From contig NC_089433.1 in the NCBI RefSeq assembly GCF_026210795.1, positions 1,860,001 to 1,924,000 on the forward strand: 64,000 bases of DNA, in the 5' to 3' direction. Below the pieces are notes generated by a model, which did not search any database, was not told the DNA's origin, and saw only the letters and a program-made list of their open reading frames with translations. The stretch's first letter is position 1. Every line of letters begins with the position of its first letter. Source of the stretch: Rhizophagus irregularis. Taxonomy: Eukaryota. Both the position numbers and the translations under genes were made by a program. Shown piece by piece: positions 1-13,732 of the stretch.

Positions 1-129
1 TTTCAGTACAATATTCATCAAAGGTTACTGATATAGACCATAGCGTTTTGATCACATTCTTCTGTAGGATGAGCCATAATATTAAAGAAAAAAAATTTTT
101 GACGTTAAAGAATCTTTTCCATTCTTTGG

Positions 130-413
130 AAGCCCACCCGAACCTAAAAAAGTAAAGAACGGTTATTAGTAACCGTTCATAATAAAAAAAATTAAAAAAA
201 TATATATATAAAAATAAACCAAGATTCGTACTTACAAATCTTGGTTCCTCTTTTCCCAAAAATCAGAAGCCCACCCGAAGCTTAAAAAAAAGAAAGAACG
301 GTTATTAGTAACTGTTCATTAATATTAAAAAAAAATTAAAAAAATTAAACCAAGATTCGTACTTACTTATAAATCTTAGTTTTTCTGTTTTTCAGAACAT
401 GAAAGCCCACCTG
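130..413 (-). repeat. Modular hairpin repeats (GAACGGTTA-TTAG-TAACCGTTC and AAGATTCGTA-CT-TACGAATCTT units), same family as 39490-41330; host sequence of the MITE/LINE composite
   Basis: Motifs aagcccacccgaacctaaaaaa, aagaacggttattagtaaccgttc and accaagattcgtacttac match the interior of the CACTA element at 39109-42431. The last unit is cut at 413 by CACTGGTCAAAAACCA. Confidence 0.8.
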
Positions 414-429
414 CACTGGTCAAAAACCA
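414..429 (-). repeat. Outermost copy of the left TIR end / LINE target-site duplication CACTGGTCAAAAACCA
   Basis: Identical 16-mer at 414, 1687 and 9864. Confidence 0.9.
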
Positions 430-1686
430 GGGTAAACATAGCATGAGCTTGAATTTTATTAATTAATGCCGAAGTAACTTTAGAGAAACACAGAGTGATC
501 TAAAAAGTACCGCAACAAGTGCAGAACTAATAGAAAAACAAAGAACAAATAATCTTCCGAAATTACAAATAAGAAAAGCTAAGATTAAAAACCCCACCCT
601 CTCTATATAAATAACTACGGCTACTCCCCCCAAATATATCTCAAAATGAGTAAAGTCGACTATGCTATACGTAACCCATCCAGCACCGTACCCACTCCTA
701 GAATCGGTAAAGAACCTCCGAGCTACCATTAGCACTATCAAAAACGCCTAAAATTCAATTTCCCCTATTTGACTACATACTATGGATAACAAACCTATTT
801 CACAAAGACCTCCGGGAACTTTTTAGTGTCGTGCAGTCCAGCCGATGGGGAACTTTTTAGTGTCGTGCAATCCCCAAAGGGACACCCACCTCATTTTGAA
901 CGATCCCAAACGGAGGACACCCACCTCATTGCGAACAATCCATCGACCTAAGATCTACCTAGATAAGTCAATCCAATGATAGTCCATCATGTGACCACCT
1001 TGATCGGCATACTACAAAAACTGCGGTACCCAACCTGTCACCCCCCTTATCACCCCAATGATGATCGATTTTGAAAATTGTAACACCAAGCCACCATGAC
1101 GATCAAATTTTCCAGTATCCCCCCACCCCCCAAAGAAAATAAGGTTACACCGAAAAAAGCGACCAAGAAAAACAAAAAGCAAAAAATAAAGACATAAACC
1201 TCAGGAAAACTCGAAGTGCAATGAGAAAAACCTGAGTAAAATTCACCAAACATACACCTCAACTCCGTCTCCTTATTTTAGAAGACTAACTCCCCAGTTA
1301 ACAACATCAACTAGCAAGAAATACGTTGGTCAGGAGCTCCTTCCAAGAAATACCGGTCCGGCCTGCGAACCATTTGGCCAGTTAGACTTTAAAGGCGTAG
1401 GAACCAAGACGCACTACTTTTCAACCTTTCAGAAAGCCCAGGGGAACGTTCGTATGGAACTGCCATCTTACAGTATTATTGGTAACTCCAAGACTCATGA
1501 TAACGGTCCTAACTCAATATAAGCCGTAAGGAGTTCGGGCGAAACTAAAGACCTCAGTAATAGCTTCATATAACGTCGAAAAGTCCTTTTACTATCACTC
1601 AAGGCAAAAAATCATCATATTTTTCATCCATAACTTCATGGGAAAAAATGGGCAGAGCCCAACGGGGGAGAAAGTACGATCATCAT
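430..1686 (-). mobile_element. Divergent ~1.26-kb retroelement (5'-truncated sister LINE or SINE-like element) inserted in the same TIR target
   Basis: Flanked by direct copies of the target 16-mer. Its 3' end (taataaaattcaagctcatgctatgtttaccct) resembles the LINE 3' end (taataaagataaaggctactatgccacatttgcct). It shares the tagcatagt motif ~230 nt upstream of the end. No convincing ORF. Short internal tandem duplications at ~813-875 and ~879-940. Confidence 0.65.
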
Positions 1687-1959
1687 CACTGGTCAAAAAC
1701 CAGGCAAATGTGGCATAGTAGCCTTTATCTTTATTAAATTTATTCGAACTTTACAATTTACAAAAAATAAAAAAGAAAATATAAAAATAAAACTAACTAA
1801 AAACAAAGCTATATAGTCTCCTAAGAAAAAATAAAGTAAAAAATTAATCTAAAAAGAAGAAAAATCGCATTACACTAAATTTCCCCAGATCTTCCCCCTT
1901 GATATATTCCAACCAAAGTAGAAGCAACTATGCTAACAAAATAACGAATAGCGCGCCCA

Positions 1960-4900
1960 CTATAGAAATCGACACTCCATCCTGCAAAAGCTGTTATTAA
2001 GTAGCACCGTTAGACGACCCATAAAACCCGAAAAGTGATTAAACCAAGGCAAACCATATTTCATCGAGTTCTTCAACCAATCGGTTCCGGAGTCACGTGA
2101 ATTGTGTAGGGTCGGAGGTGGTAAAGATGAGTAAGGTATGTACGTTGACAATGGCAAATTAGAAGGCTTCGGAGTAGTTTTCAACTTATAAGTAATATTC
2201 ATCGCGTTTTCCCATCTACTTTTCTCATAAGAACGCGGATTCCAAATTCGTTTTCTGAATTTTTGGACAAAATTATTATGAATAGCAGCGATAACCTAAA
2301 TCGCAGAGATTCTTGGAATAGACAAATCGACTAGGATGTCAATAAAAAGTGTAGGTAAACAACCACGGACAAGGGCGTATGAGGACCAATTTGTAGAAGA
2401 AAAGGACCAGCATGAAAGAGAAGTGAGTTTAGCAATAAAGGGAGTAGGATCAATATCAGCCAATTTTCCAGCTTCTTGAATTTTAGAAATCAAATGATTT
2501 TGATAAGATTGGAGAATTTGTTGCATAGGTAGACGACGTTTTTTGCACATAAAAAGGTGCATCAGGTCTTCCATGCGATCAATACAAGAACGGCAAGTTA
2601 ATTCGTCCATGTATAAGTCTGGTCGAGTCCGCTTAAGCTTTTCCAACGTGGGTAAGTCGTCCAAGAAAAGTTTGAATTTAAAGGTTAAGTGTCTTGAAGC
2701 ATGCTCAAGAGTAAAAGATGCATCATGAGAAGGCTTGAAATTCAAGGTAAACCAAGTTAGTTCCCAGTCGACAATATATTCTATATTAGATAATAATAAA
2801 GAAATAAAGTGAAATCGCGTTAAATTTAACAAATCACGCATTAACTGCGTTTGATAATACTGTTTAAGAAGGTGTCGTGAATTAGTTTCACAAACGGCGT
2901 CATTGTCGTAAGTCAAAACGAAATCATGGGCAGAAGCAAGGTCCATTCCAGAAATCAAAATACTGGATGATGCGGTATGGGCAGTATTGGCCAGGGAGTC
3001 AGCAAAATCGTTCAAATAATTGCCAGAATGAGCTTTAACTTTAACAGGAAGAACTGTCAAATTCTTGGTAAGGATAGTTCATTCAATAATGGCCCAAAGC
3101 TCAAAATTTGTTGTTTTGTAGTAAAGACGGCTATTTGAGTAGACATAGGAAGAGCAACTTCGAAGGCCATCAATGGCAGTTTGCGAGTCAGTATAAATAG
3201 TAACTTCTGAGTCGCGAGGAGAAATGGTTAAAACTGCGTAAATAGCGGCAGCTTCAGCACGAGAAGAAGAAGGGTTATCTCGAATGATGCCATGTGCATA
3301 AGTAGCAATGGAATTAGGAAAACCAGCATCAGGTACGATTTGCATCCAAGACCAGCCCATAGAAACATTAGGAGTGCCTAGATTAATAAGAGACCCATCA
3401 GTAAAAAAGATATAACGTGAGTCTGAAGACACAACCAACGGCGAATTTGCAAAAACAGCAGCAGCTGAGGATTCAATAGTGATAAGAGGAGCGGAAACTT
3501 CAACAATATCGTCAGGAGGAGAGTCAAAATCAAAATCCAATCGACTGTAATAAAGACGGACACCATCTTCTATATCAGCCTAGGTAAAAGGAGAGGATAC
3601 TGCAGAAGTATTACGTCTAATGCGCTCATTGATGGTGGGCAGAATAAGCGAATGTTGTAGAGAAACCGTAGGCGTACAAAGGGTTAAATCAGCATTCCGT
3701 TTTTTGGAAGGAGGCAAAGGAGTATGAGCAGCACAACCAGGGCAAGGAGAGAGTCTAATGAGATCACCAGGCGAAGATTCACAATCAGGAGAGACCCAGT
3801 GAACAATAGAACAAGTACCACGACTTGCTTGAACTAAAAGTTGTTTGCCAAAGATGGGAGAACCGTAGTCGTCTAACGTGACAATCCAATTTTTCGTAGT
3901 GGTAGGAGAGGACAGGCAAGGAGTCAATTCATAAAATGAAGAGTCAATCGTAGGCGTAGTAATGAACTGGGTCAGCAAACGATTGTTGGTGTCAGGAATG
4001 GTAGTAGCTTGCTGGATATCTTTATACCAATAAGGGATACAGCCAGGACCACGTCGTCCAACCAAATTGTCATAGTAGGCTTTCCAAGAAATTAAATGAG
4101 TCCCTTGGGGAGTAACAAGCTGAGATAGATAAAACAAATGCCGTTTTCGCAAAATAGGGAAATAGGCTTTAAATGCTTTAAGTGTCATGCATTCAAATAA
4201 GGGAACGCGTCCATCCATCAAAGTCAGGTTCGGAAGCTTCGAAAGTTGAGTATGAAGCAAACGAAAAGGAGTAGAGGATAAGAGAGCAATAGTGCATGCG
4301 ATATAATCTTTCTTAAAAGAAAAAGAGAAGACCATATAGACCAATCCTTAATTAAAAGGGGAGAAATAGGAATTAAAAAATTATATTGAATCAAACTCAA
4401 TCTATAAATAAAAAGAGATTGAATAAAAGAAAAGGAAGAATTAGCCATTAAAAATAAATTAGTAATATGACATTGTCGTTGATGAGCAAATAAATTTATC
4501 AAGCCCAAGGCTTGAGATAAAAATAAAATGGGATTTGGTAAAGAGCGAGAAAAATTTGCTTTATGCTTTACAACAGATCGTATACTTCTCGTTATTAGGT
4601 GGCAGTCAGATTCAGACAAGTGAGTAACTTGCATCCGGTATTCAAGTTTCGGTATAAGGACAGCATTATGTAAATAAACAACTTGTTTGGATGAGAGCTT
4701 TGCAGGGCGGATGGTTGCAGCGAAGGAGCAACATTCACGTTTGAGTTGCTTTTTGACAAAATCCCGGGAGTTTTTAATGTTGAACCAGACACCTAAAAAA
4801 CGAAAAGAAGTTGTCATGGAAATTGGGGTAATAGTAATGGAAGGAACACTATTTAAAGAGGATAAATCCAAGTTAAAAGTAATAGGGAGTAAAGTGGAAT

Positions 4901-7586
4901 TCGAAGTCAAGGGCAACGAATTAGTAATTAACACATATTTGTTATGATTGGCAGAAGTGTTATTAATTTGATAGAATTCTTCTGTAATGGATAACATAAA
5001 TTCCATGCCAGTCTTCGACGAGGAAATAAGAGTAGAGTTATCCATAAATACTAAATTATTAATCTTCAAATCGGAAGAAGGATTGGGAGAAGCAATTAAG
5101 GATGGTGTAGAAAGAACATAAGGGTCCATCATTTCATGCTTCATGACAGTAAGTAAGGGATCAATATAAATAACCCATAAGAGAGGAGAAATAACTTCGC
5201 CTTGGTCAATACCAATGCGAACCCTATAAGCAGGCGTAGATCCATGAGCAGTGAAAACGCTATTAATGCGTTTTGTGAAAAGGGAAAGAATAAACTTAAT
5301 AGCAGAAGCTGGAAGACGTATTCGTTCTAAAGCGAAACGTAACATTGTCAAATCAACCGAGTCAAAAGCTTTAGAAATGTCTTGAGAGAGAATCCAAAGT
5401 GGGTTTTTGTTGACATCAGCATCATGGATAATAGATTCTAGAGTAATAATAGGGTCGCGGCAAGAACCACCAGGAAGACCAGCGAAGTTACCACCTTTAA
5501 GAACATCATGTGTAGCCATAATAGTAGAAAGGCGATTATAAAAGAGTTTGACAAGAGATTTTCTAATCACTTCAAGTAAAGTAATAGGACGAGTATTTTT
5601 CAATTGACATTTCCATTCGTGAGGTTTGGGAATGGGAAAAACCATTGCCTGTCGCCATAAGTCAGGAATATCAGCTTTGGAAAGGCAAGCTTGAATTAAA
5701 ATAAGGAGTAGAGCCGAGGAACGAGATCCAAGGTGTTTGAGCATTTCATAAGTGATCATGGAAGGACCTGAGGCTTTACCGTTAGGAGTAGAAGAAACGG
5801 TGGTTAACCATTCATCAAGGGTAGGGGGATTCATTAAAGAATCATAGATGGAGGAGGGCACATCATCCATAGGTTGGTAAACAGAAGACCATCTATCAGG
5901 TAATGTATCTACAGATACAGGAGGAGTGGATTTTATAGGTACAAAGTTTTGGAAATGGTTAACAACAGCATCGTCTATATCCTTGGGAGCAGTTAATAAC
6001 TGAGGGCGAGTGGGATGATCAACAAAGACACGATCCAAAGTGATACGGCGGCGGGTGCGAGAAAGCGCTGAATCAATGAAAGAGGAAAGGTCGGTTTCAA
6101 AATTATTGTTCCTATCGTCCAAATGAGCACGAATGGAGGAATCTTGGAATTCTTTTTCTTGAAGTAAATGAAATCCCCGTAAGGATTTTGAAATATTGGA
6201 TAAATCATCAAGAAGTGACTTGAAATCATCTTGTCGACATGATGAGAGAGAAGAGGGCAAAGCAGGAACGAAAGTAAATACATTCTTATATAATTGCAAA
6301 ATGTTTTGAAGTCTGATTAAATGAATAGACCACTTATGTTCATGAGCGGCAGAATAAGTTAAAGGATATTTGCGCAATAAACGTATTGAATGCATAAGGC
6401 GATTTAAAAACCGATAATGTTGGGTTAAAATTTCCAGATCTTTAGGAACCTTAGGAGTATAATTATTGCCAACGGTGAAAGAAGGTAGTGTAACGTTGGC
6501 AGCTTTAAGAATTCGTGATTGGAGATATTCGCACATTTGATTGATATGCCAGGAGGAAAAGGTTGAAGGTGAGACGTCACATAAAGCATCAGCTTTATCA
6601 GCAAAATCCGTCCATTGAATTTCAGTTACAGAATCAAATTTGAAGACGCGACGGGTTCGGCGCTTAAGTTGTCGAGCGCGAGCCAATTTGGTAGAGGCAA
6701 AAAGTAAAGACATATCATAGTATGTTATGACGGGGTTATGATCAGATGTGCAAACATCTTGAGCATTAAAAATGCAAGCAGTAAGAGCAAATCCTTTGAG
6801 AAGAGGGCAGGACCATACATAATCAACTCGAGTAATGTGGTCATTGCGATGAAAGGTACCTAAGGAGTCGGAAAGATTAATAGGAGTATAGTCTTCATAT
6901 CCGTGAGAGAGGAGATGAAAAAATAATCGGTGAATATGTTTTGAAGCAACTTGAGGTTGATTGAAGTAAATAGGGTAATATTTGTCTAAATGCATATTAA
7001 AATCGCCACAAACAGCATGGTAAAAGCCAGCATGTTTAGTAAGGGTAAGTTGTTGAATGAGCAAATCAATAGTATCAGTGCGCAGAACACTTTCAGCAGG
7101 GGGAGGGATATAAATAACAAATATACGCAATTTAATATTGCCTTTGAAATATAAATCAACAGAAAGTAACCGTGAAGAATGCGATTTAAAATCTTGAACA
7201 TGTGAAGCAAGGGAATTTTCTATAAAAAGAGAAACACCACCAGAAGAGAGAATTTGTTTAGAAGTATCCAAATTAGAAGAGAACACAGTATAATTAGAAA
7301 TACGTTTGGATAAAAACTTCATTTGTTTAGGGTGAAGATGAGTATCCACGATACCACCAAAGGAAATATGTTTTAAGGAAAAGAAAGTAGAAATTTCTTC
7401 TAATTTAGTCTGACCATACATTTTAAGGCCATTAACATTAAAGGAAGAAATATTAAATGAATTGGGGATAGGGGAAGTGTTACTGGAAGAGGAAAATAAC
7501 GATTCATGCGAAAAAATTCCAGTAACATTGTCAGGGTTGGGAGGGTTTCGTACAAAGGTATCATAATTAAAATTATTGTTCGACAT
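1960..7586 (-). pseudogene. LINE copy 1 ORF2 (APE endonuclease, reverse transcriptase, RNase H, C-terminal zinc finger), disrupted
   Basis: SFNVNGL, GDFN and SDHNPV (APE); QDISKAFDSV and GIDQGEVISPLL (RT), with catalytic FMDD changed to FMDN; FTDGS, YTDSQ and VKAHSG (RNase H); CRSC..EDLMHLFMC. Split over five ORFs by stops and frameshifts. Confidence 0.93.
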
Positions 7587-7636
7587 TAAAACACAATGAT
7601 ATAAACAGTCGGGGAGTTAAAATTTGAAGAAAGAAA

Positions 7637-9753
7637 TTAATTGGAAGAAGCTGAATCAGCTTGTTCCAGGGGAGCACCACCAAGGGAGCCAATGAATTGC
7701 TTGATATGACCAGTAAGTTGGTCCTATTTACTTTTAATAGCGACACGACTATTTTTGAGATCATTAATTTCTTCTTGTGTGGAGGAGATGGGAGTAAAAG
7801 GAGGAGCATTTGGAGAAAGGTGAGAAGAAGGAGGTGATGTGTCAGGAACAATAGTGAATGTAGGCGAAGGTCGCGTTAAAATACTTTTGGGAGGCAGCGA
7901 AGATTTAGCGGAAGACAGAATATTAAGAGGAACATGAGTTACAGGGGCATCTTCTTGCATGAGGTCCGGTTCAGGTTCATTGGGTATAGGGAGTGGATCA
8001 AGGCCAAGGTGTGATTCAATACGAGTCATCCGTTGGTCAGCAAGTTCAAGAGCGGAGATGCGTTTGTGAAAGTTAGCAACTTCACATTGTAATTCTCGTA
8101 AAAGGTTTAGAATGTTGTTAGCATCATCAGGAGATAATGCAAAGTTAGGAGTTTGTCGGGGTAAGGGACGTGCTGTAGAACGAGAGGAGGAAGAAAAGGA
8201 GACAGATCGTTCTTTACTATTATGGCGGGCACGTTGAGAAGTATTGGGAGGGGGTTTGTTATGATTACTATTATCATTATTAGTGCGGTCATGGGAAGCG
8301 TTATTGGCTCGTCCAGAATTGGAAGCAGATCGATCTTTAGATTTGGAGCGAGATCGAGAGCGAGAACGTGCATTGGCAATATTAGAATTGGAGCGAGGTT
8401 GATTAACATTGAATCGTTCTTTGAGTTTTGCAACAGGGTCGCAAGTGCGGCTTCTACCTCTGGTTTGTTTGAGTGGGCAAAAATTAGGAGCACAACCTAG
8501 TTTGCCACATCTGTGACAAAGTTTATTAGTATTATCGGGGAGGACCAGAAAAGCACTTTGCCTTGGAAGCTAACAGTCTGTTCCATAGCAGCATCCATGG
8601 TTTCTTGGGAGTTGAAGGTGACATAGGCCCATCTTTTGGGTTTGTAGGAATTTAAAGAAAGAGGAACATTGACAGCTTTTGCACCAAAATCGCGTGTAAG
8701 AGGAGCCAAGTTGATATCCTTAACATTGGGAGGAAGTTGAGTGAGGGTGGCAACGTATTGACGGCGCGCAGCCTTTTGATCCACAGTATAGAAACATGGA
8801 GTAATTCGGAGACAGGTGGAGAAACAGTAAACAGCCCATTGGTCGGTAAAACGAGCAATTGAATCGGCGTGATCATACACAATACGGGCTTGCTGGACTT
8901 TAGCATTAGGCCTGGAGAAGAGGCGACAAGAGGTAATATTACCAAATTTTTTGAAATAGGCCATGAGGTTGTCCTTTTTGATAAAGAAAGGGATATCGGT
9001 AACTTGGATAGCCTGGAGATCTTCATTGGATCGGAGTTGGCGAGGGTCATGGGCATGAAAGATTAAGTCAGGGAACTCAGGATGGGTGGAACCAACGCAC
9101 AAATCGCGTGCTTCAGCGGTATGGAAGTGGATAACGAGGCGTTTAGCCTCACCAGAACCTGTCATACAAGCTTTTCCAGTGAATGACTCGTACGTTTCTA
9201 AGAAAAGGTTATTCACAGCCTCAATAAGGGCTTTATTGGTAGGGAATTTCTTGAGTGATTCAGGGGCAGCATTCGGCGCAGCCGCAGCCTGAAAATCATC
9301 TCTGGTTATGGCAAAGGTCACCACTGGATCTGGGGTTTGATCGCCATCAGGAGCACCATTAGTATTCAAATTGGGCGACGCGTTAGGGGGTTGTTGCAAG
9401 TCTTTGTTTGAAGGTGCATGCATGGACGCGTCCACATTTCCAGAAGACGCGACGTGACTGGGCGCAGTTGGCACAGCAGATCTTTTCGGGGAGGAGGCCA
9501 AAGTATTTTCGCCAGAGATATTTTGTTGAGGAGAAGAGGAAGGTCCATCTACTCCAACGTCAGCCGTCTGGTCATCGGCAACGTAGTCTTCTTCCATAGA
9601 ATTTTCGGTAATCGTACGATTACGTTTCTGCTGGATAGTGTTTTCGCCATCGGAGCTTCGAATTATCGGAGTTGTTATTATTTTTCCGTTCTTGACGGGA
9701 AGCTTTCCTACTGTTAGGGTTATGGCTTCCGCGCCTTCTCGCTATTAGGACAT
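7637..9753 (-). pseudogene. LINE copy 1 ORF1 (gag-like nucleic-acid-binding protein), frameshifted
   Basis: Fragments 8497-9597 and 7724-8029 match ORF1 of the plus-strand copies. RRM-like motifs are present. Confidence 0.88.
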
Positions 9754-10107
9754 AGTAGAGGGCTTCGAGTTAATATATAAAATATAAAATTTTATTAGTA
9801 GCTTGTATTATTTTTTAATAATAAAAAATTAATTTCGTCAGAAAATTTCGTTTTTGAAAAATTCACTGGTCAAAAACCAATATATTGGGTAGCAGATATG
9901 TATCAGATATGTACCCGATATGTGTAGTATTAATGCAGAAAATCGGGTACCCGATATGTGTAAGATATATGTAAATATATATATCATATATATATCGGGT
10001 ACCGATATATATATGATATGTAAATAATATGTAGACGATATATATATTTACACATATCTTACATATATCGGGTACCCGATTTTCTGCATTAATACTACAC
10101 ATATTGG

Positions 10108-10863
10108 TAGGGATGGTAAAGTCCTAAGTCCTGGACCTAAAGACCTGGTCCTAGGACCTGGTCTGCAGATCTTTAGGTCCAAATTTTGGACCAGAAGCGG
10201 ACCAGGTCCTAAAAAGTCCTAGCCAATAAGGTTATAAGAGATCTATATGTTTAAATTATATATGTATAATTTGCTGTAAATTTGATTTTAAGTAATTATA
10301 AATTATAAAAAAGTGCACTGCAATATTGCAATACAATTTTTATATTATTAAAATCATATAAAAAATGAGTTGCGATATTGCGATTCACATTTTTATATTA
10401 ATATCAATATAAAAAAGTGAATCGCGATACCGCAACTCACTTTTTTTATATAAAATCAATATAAAAAAGTGAATCGCGATACCGCAACTCACTTTTTTTT
10501 ATATAAAATCAATATAAAAAAGTGAATCCCGATACCGCAACTCACTGTTTTTATATAAAATCAATATAAAAAAGTGAATCCCGATACCGCAACTCACTTT
10601 TTTTATATAAAATCAATATAAAAAAGTGAATCCCGATACTGCAACTCACTTTTTTTATATAAAATCAATATAAAAAAGTGAATCCCGATATCGCAACTCA
10701 CTTTTTTTGTATTTAATTATTACTAAAATTCATAAAATCTATAAATAACTTAGTCAGGACCAGGTCCAGGACTGGTCCTAACAGGACTGGTCCGCAGGTC
10801 CGTTCAATAGGACTTATAGGTCCTAGGACCAGGACCGGATCAGGACCGACCTAACCATCCCTA
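10108..10863. mobile_element. hAT-type MITE (756 bp) nested in the CACTA MITE
   Basis: TIR TAGGGATGGT...ACCATCCCTA. 8-bp TSD catattgg/catatcgg (1 mismatch). Subterminal GGACC/GGTCC motifs. Confidence 0.88.
10340..10710. repeat. Tandem repeat, ~52-53-bp unit, about 6-7 copies, each with an internal inverted repeat
   Basis: Unit tataaaaaagtgaatcccgataccgcaactcacttttttttatataaaatcaa. Confidence 0.9.
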
Positions 10864-10921
10864 CATATCGGGTACATATCTGATACATATCTGCTACCCG
10901 ATATATTGGTTTTTGACTAGT

Positions 10922-13732
10922 TCCCGGGATTTTGTCAAGAAACAACTCAAACGTGAATGCTGCTCCTTCGCTGCAACCATCCGCCCTGCAAAGCTCTCAT
11001 CCAAACAAGTTGTTTATTTACATAATGCTGTCCTTATACCGAAACTTGAATACCGGATGCAAGTTACTCACTTGTCTGAATCTGACTGCCACCTAATAAC
11101 GAGAAGTATACGATCTGTTGTAAAGCACAAAGCAAATTTTTCTCGCTCTTTACCAAATCCCATTTTATTTTTATCTCAAGCCTTGGGCTTGATAAATTTA
11201 TTTGCTCATCAACGACAATGTCATATTACTAATTTATTTTTAATGGCTAATTCTTCCTTTTCTTTTATTCAATCTCTTTTTATTTATAGATTGAGTTTGA
11301 TTCAATATAATTTTTTAATTCCTATTTCTCCCCTTTTAATTAAGGATTGGTCTATATGGTCTTCTCTTTTTTCTTTTAAGAAAGATTATATCGCATGCAC
11401 TATTGCTCTCTTATTCTCTACTCCTTTTCGTTTGCTTCATACTCAACTTTCGAAGCTTCCGAACCTGACTTTGATGGATGGACGCGTTCCCTTATTTGAA
11501 TGCATGACACCTAAAGCGTTTAAAGCCTATTTCCCTATTTTGCGAAAATGGCATTTGTTTTATCTATCTCAGCTTGTTACTCCCCAAGGGACTCATTTAA
11601 TTTCTTGGAAAGCCTACTATGACAATTTGGTTGGACGACGTGGCCCTGGCCGTATCCCTTATTGGTACAAAGATATTCAACAAGCTACCACTATTCCCGA
11701 CTCCAATAATCGTTTGATGGATCAGTTTAATTTTACGCCTACGATTGACTCTTCCTTTTATGATTTGACTCTTTGTTTATCTTCTCCTCCTACTACAAAA
11801 AATTGGATTGTCACGTTAGACGACTACGGTTCCCCCATCTTTGGCAAACAACTTTTAGTTCAAGCAAGTCGTGGTACTTGTTCTATTGTTCACTGGGTCT
11901 CTCCTGATTGTGAATCTTCGCCTGGTGATCTCATTAGACTCTCTCTTTGCCCTGGTTGTGCTGCTCATACTCCTTTGCCTCCTTCCAAAAAACGGAATGC
12001 TGATTTAACCCTTTGTACGCCTACGGTTTCTCTACAACATTCGCTTATTCTGCCCACCATCAATGAGCGCATTAGACGTAATACTTCTGCAGTATCCTCT
12101 CCTTTTACCTGGGCTGATATCGAAGATGGTGTCCGTCTTTATTACAGTCGATTGGATTTTGATTTTGACTCTCCTCCTGATGATATTGTTGAAGTTTCCG
12201 CTCCTCTTATCACTATTGAATCCTCAGCTGTTGCTGTTTTTGCAAATTCGCCGTTGGTTGTGTCTTCAGACTCACGTTATATCTTTTTTACTGATGGGTC
12301 TCTTATTAATCTAGGCACTCCTAATGTTTCTATGGGCTGGTCTTGGATGCAAATCGTACCTGATGCTGGTTTTCCTAATTCCATTGCTACTTATGCACAT
12401 GGCATCATTCGAGATAATCCTTCTTCTTCTCGTGCTGAAGCTGCCGCTATTTACGCAGTTTTAACCATTTCTCCTCGCGACTCAGAAGTTACTATTTATA
12501 CTGACTCGCAAACTGCCATTGATGGCCTTCGAAGTTGCTCTTCCTATGTCTACTCAAATAGCCGCCTTTACTACAAAACAACAAATTTTGAGCTTTGGGC
12601 CATTATTGAACGAACTATCCTTACCAAGAATTTGACAGTTCTTCCTGTTAAAGTTAAAGCTCATTCTGGCAATTATTTGAACGATTTTGCTGACTCCCTG
12701 GCCAATACTGCCCATACCGCATCATCCAGTATTTTGATTTCTGGAATGGACCTTGCCTCTGCCCATGATTTCGTCTTGACTTACGACAATGACGCCGTTT
12801 GTGAATCTAATCCACGACACCTTCTTAAACAGTATTATCAAACGCAGTTAATGCGTGATTTGTTAAATTTAACGCGATTTCACTTTATTTCTTTATTATT
12901 ATCTAATATAGAATATATTGTCGACTGGGAACTTACTTGGTTTACCTTGAATTTCAAGCCTTCTCATGATGCATCTTTTACTCTTGAGCATGCTTCAATA
13001 CACTTAACCTTTAAATTCAAACTTTTCTTGGACGACTTACCTACATTGGAAAAGCTTAAGCGGACTCAACCAGACTTATACATGGACGAATTAACTTGCC
13101 GTTCTTGTATCGATCGCATGGAAGACCTGATGCACCTTTTTATGTGCAAAAAACGTCGTCTACCTATGCAACAAATTCTCCAATCTTATCAAAATCATTT
13201 GATTTCTAAAATTCAAGAAGCTGGAAAATTGGCTGATATTGATCCTACTCCCTTTATTGCTAAACTCACTTCTCTTTCATGCTGGTCCTTTTCTTCTACA
13301 AATTGGTCATCTTACGCCCTCGTCCGTGGTTGTTTACCTACACTTTTTATTGACATCTTAGTCGATTTGTCTATTCCAAGATTCTCTGCGATTAAGGTTA
13401 TCGCTGCTATTCATAATAATTTTGTCCAAAAATTCAGAAAACGAATTTGGAATCCGCGTTCTTATGAGAAAAGTAGATGGGAAAACGCGATGAATATTAC
13501 TTATAAGTTGAAAACTACTCCGAAGCCTTCTAATTTGCCATTGTCATCGTACATACCTTACTCATCTTTACCACCTCCGACCCTACACGATTTACGTGAC
13601 TCCGGAACCGATTGGTTGAAGAACTCGATGAAATACGGTTTGCCTTGGTTTAATCATTTTTCGGGTTTTATGGGTCGTCTAACGGTGCTACTTAATAACA
13701 GCTTTTGCAGGATGGAGTGTCGATTTTTATAG
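10922..13732 (+). pseudogene. LINE copy 2 ORF2 C-terminal half (RNase H, zinc finger), open but 5'-truncated
   Basis: ORF 10913-13732 is uninterrupted. Its apparent start lies in the target sequence. Confidence 0.9.

Larger units (their letters stand above)
1703..9863 (-). mobile_element. LINE copy 1 (near full length, ~8.16 kb, decayed), L1/Tx1-like non-LTR retrotransposon
   Basis: ORF1 + ORF2 layout. Reverse complement of the copies at 10922-36740. Flanked by CACTGGTCAAAAACCA at 1687 and 9864. Confidence 0.95.
9864..10921. mobile_element. Fold-back CACTA/CMC-type MITE (~295 bp without the nested insert); origin of both LINE arrays
   Basis: Left end CACTGGTCAAAAACCAATATATTGGGTAGCAGATATGTATCAGATATGTACCCGATATG. 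Right end CATATCGGGTACATATCTGATACATATCTGCTACCCGATATATTGGTTTTTGACTAGT. Inverted symmetry extends over >100 bp. CACTG/CACTA termini are typical of EnSpm/CACTA. Confidence 0.85.
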
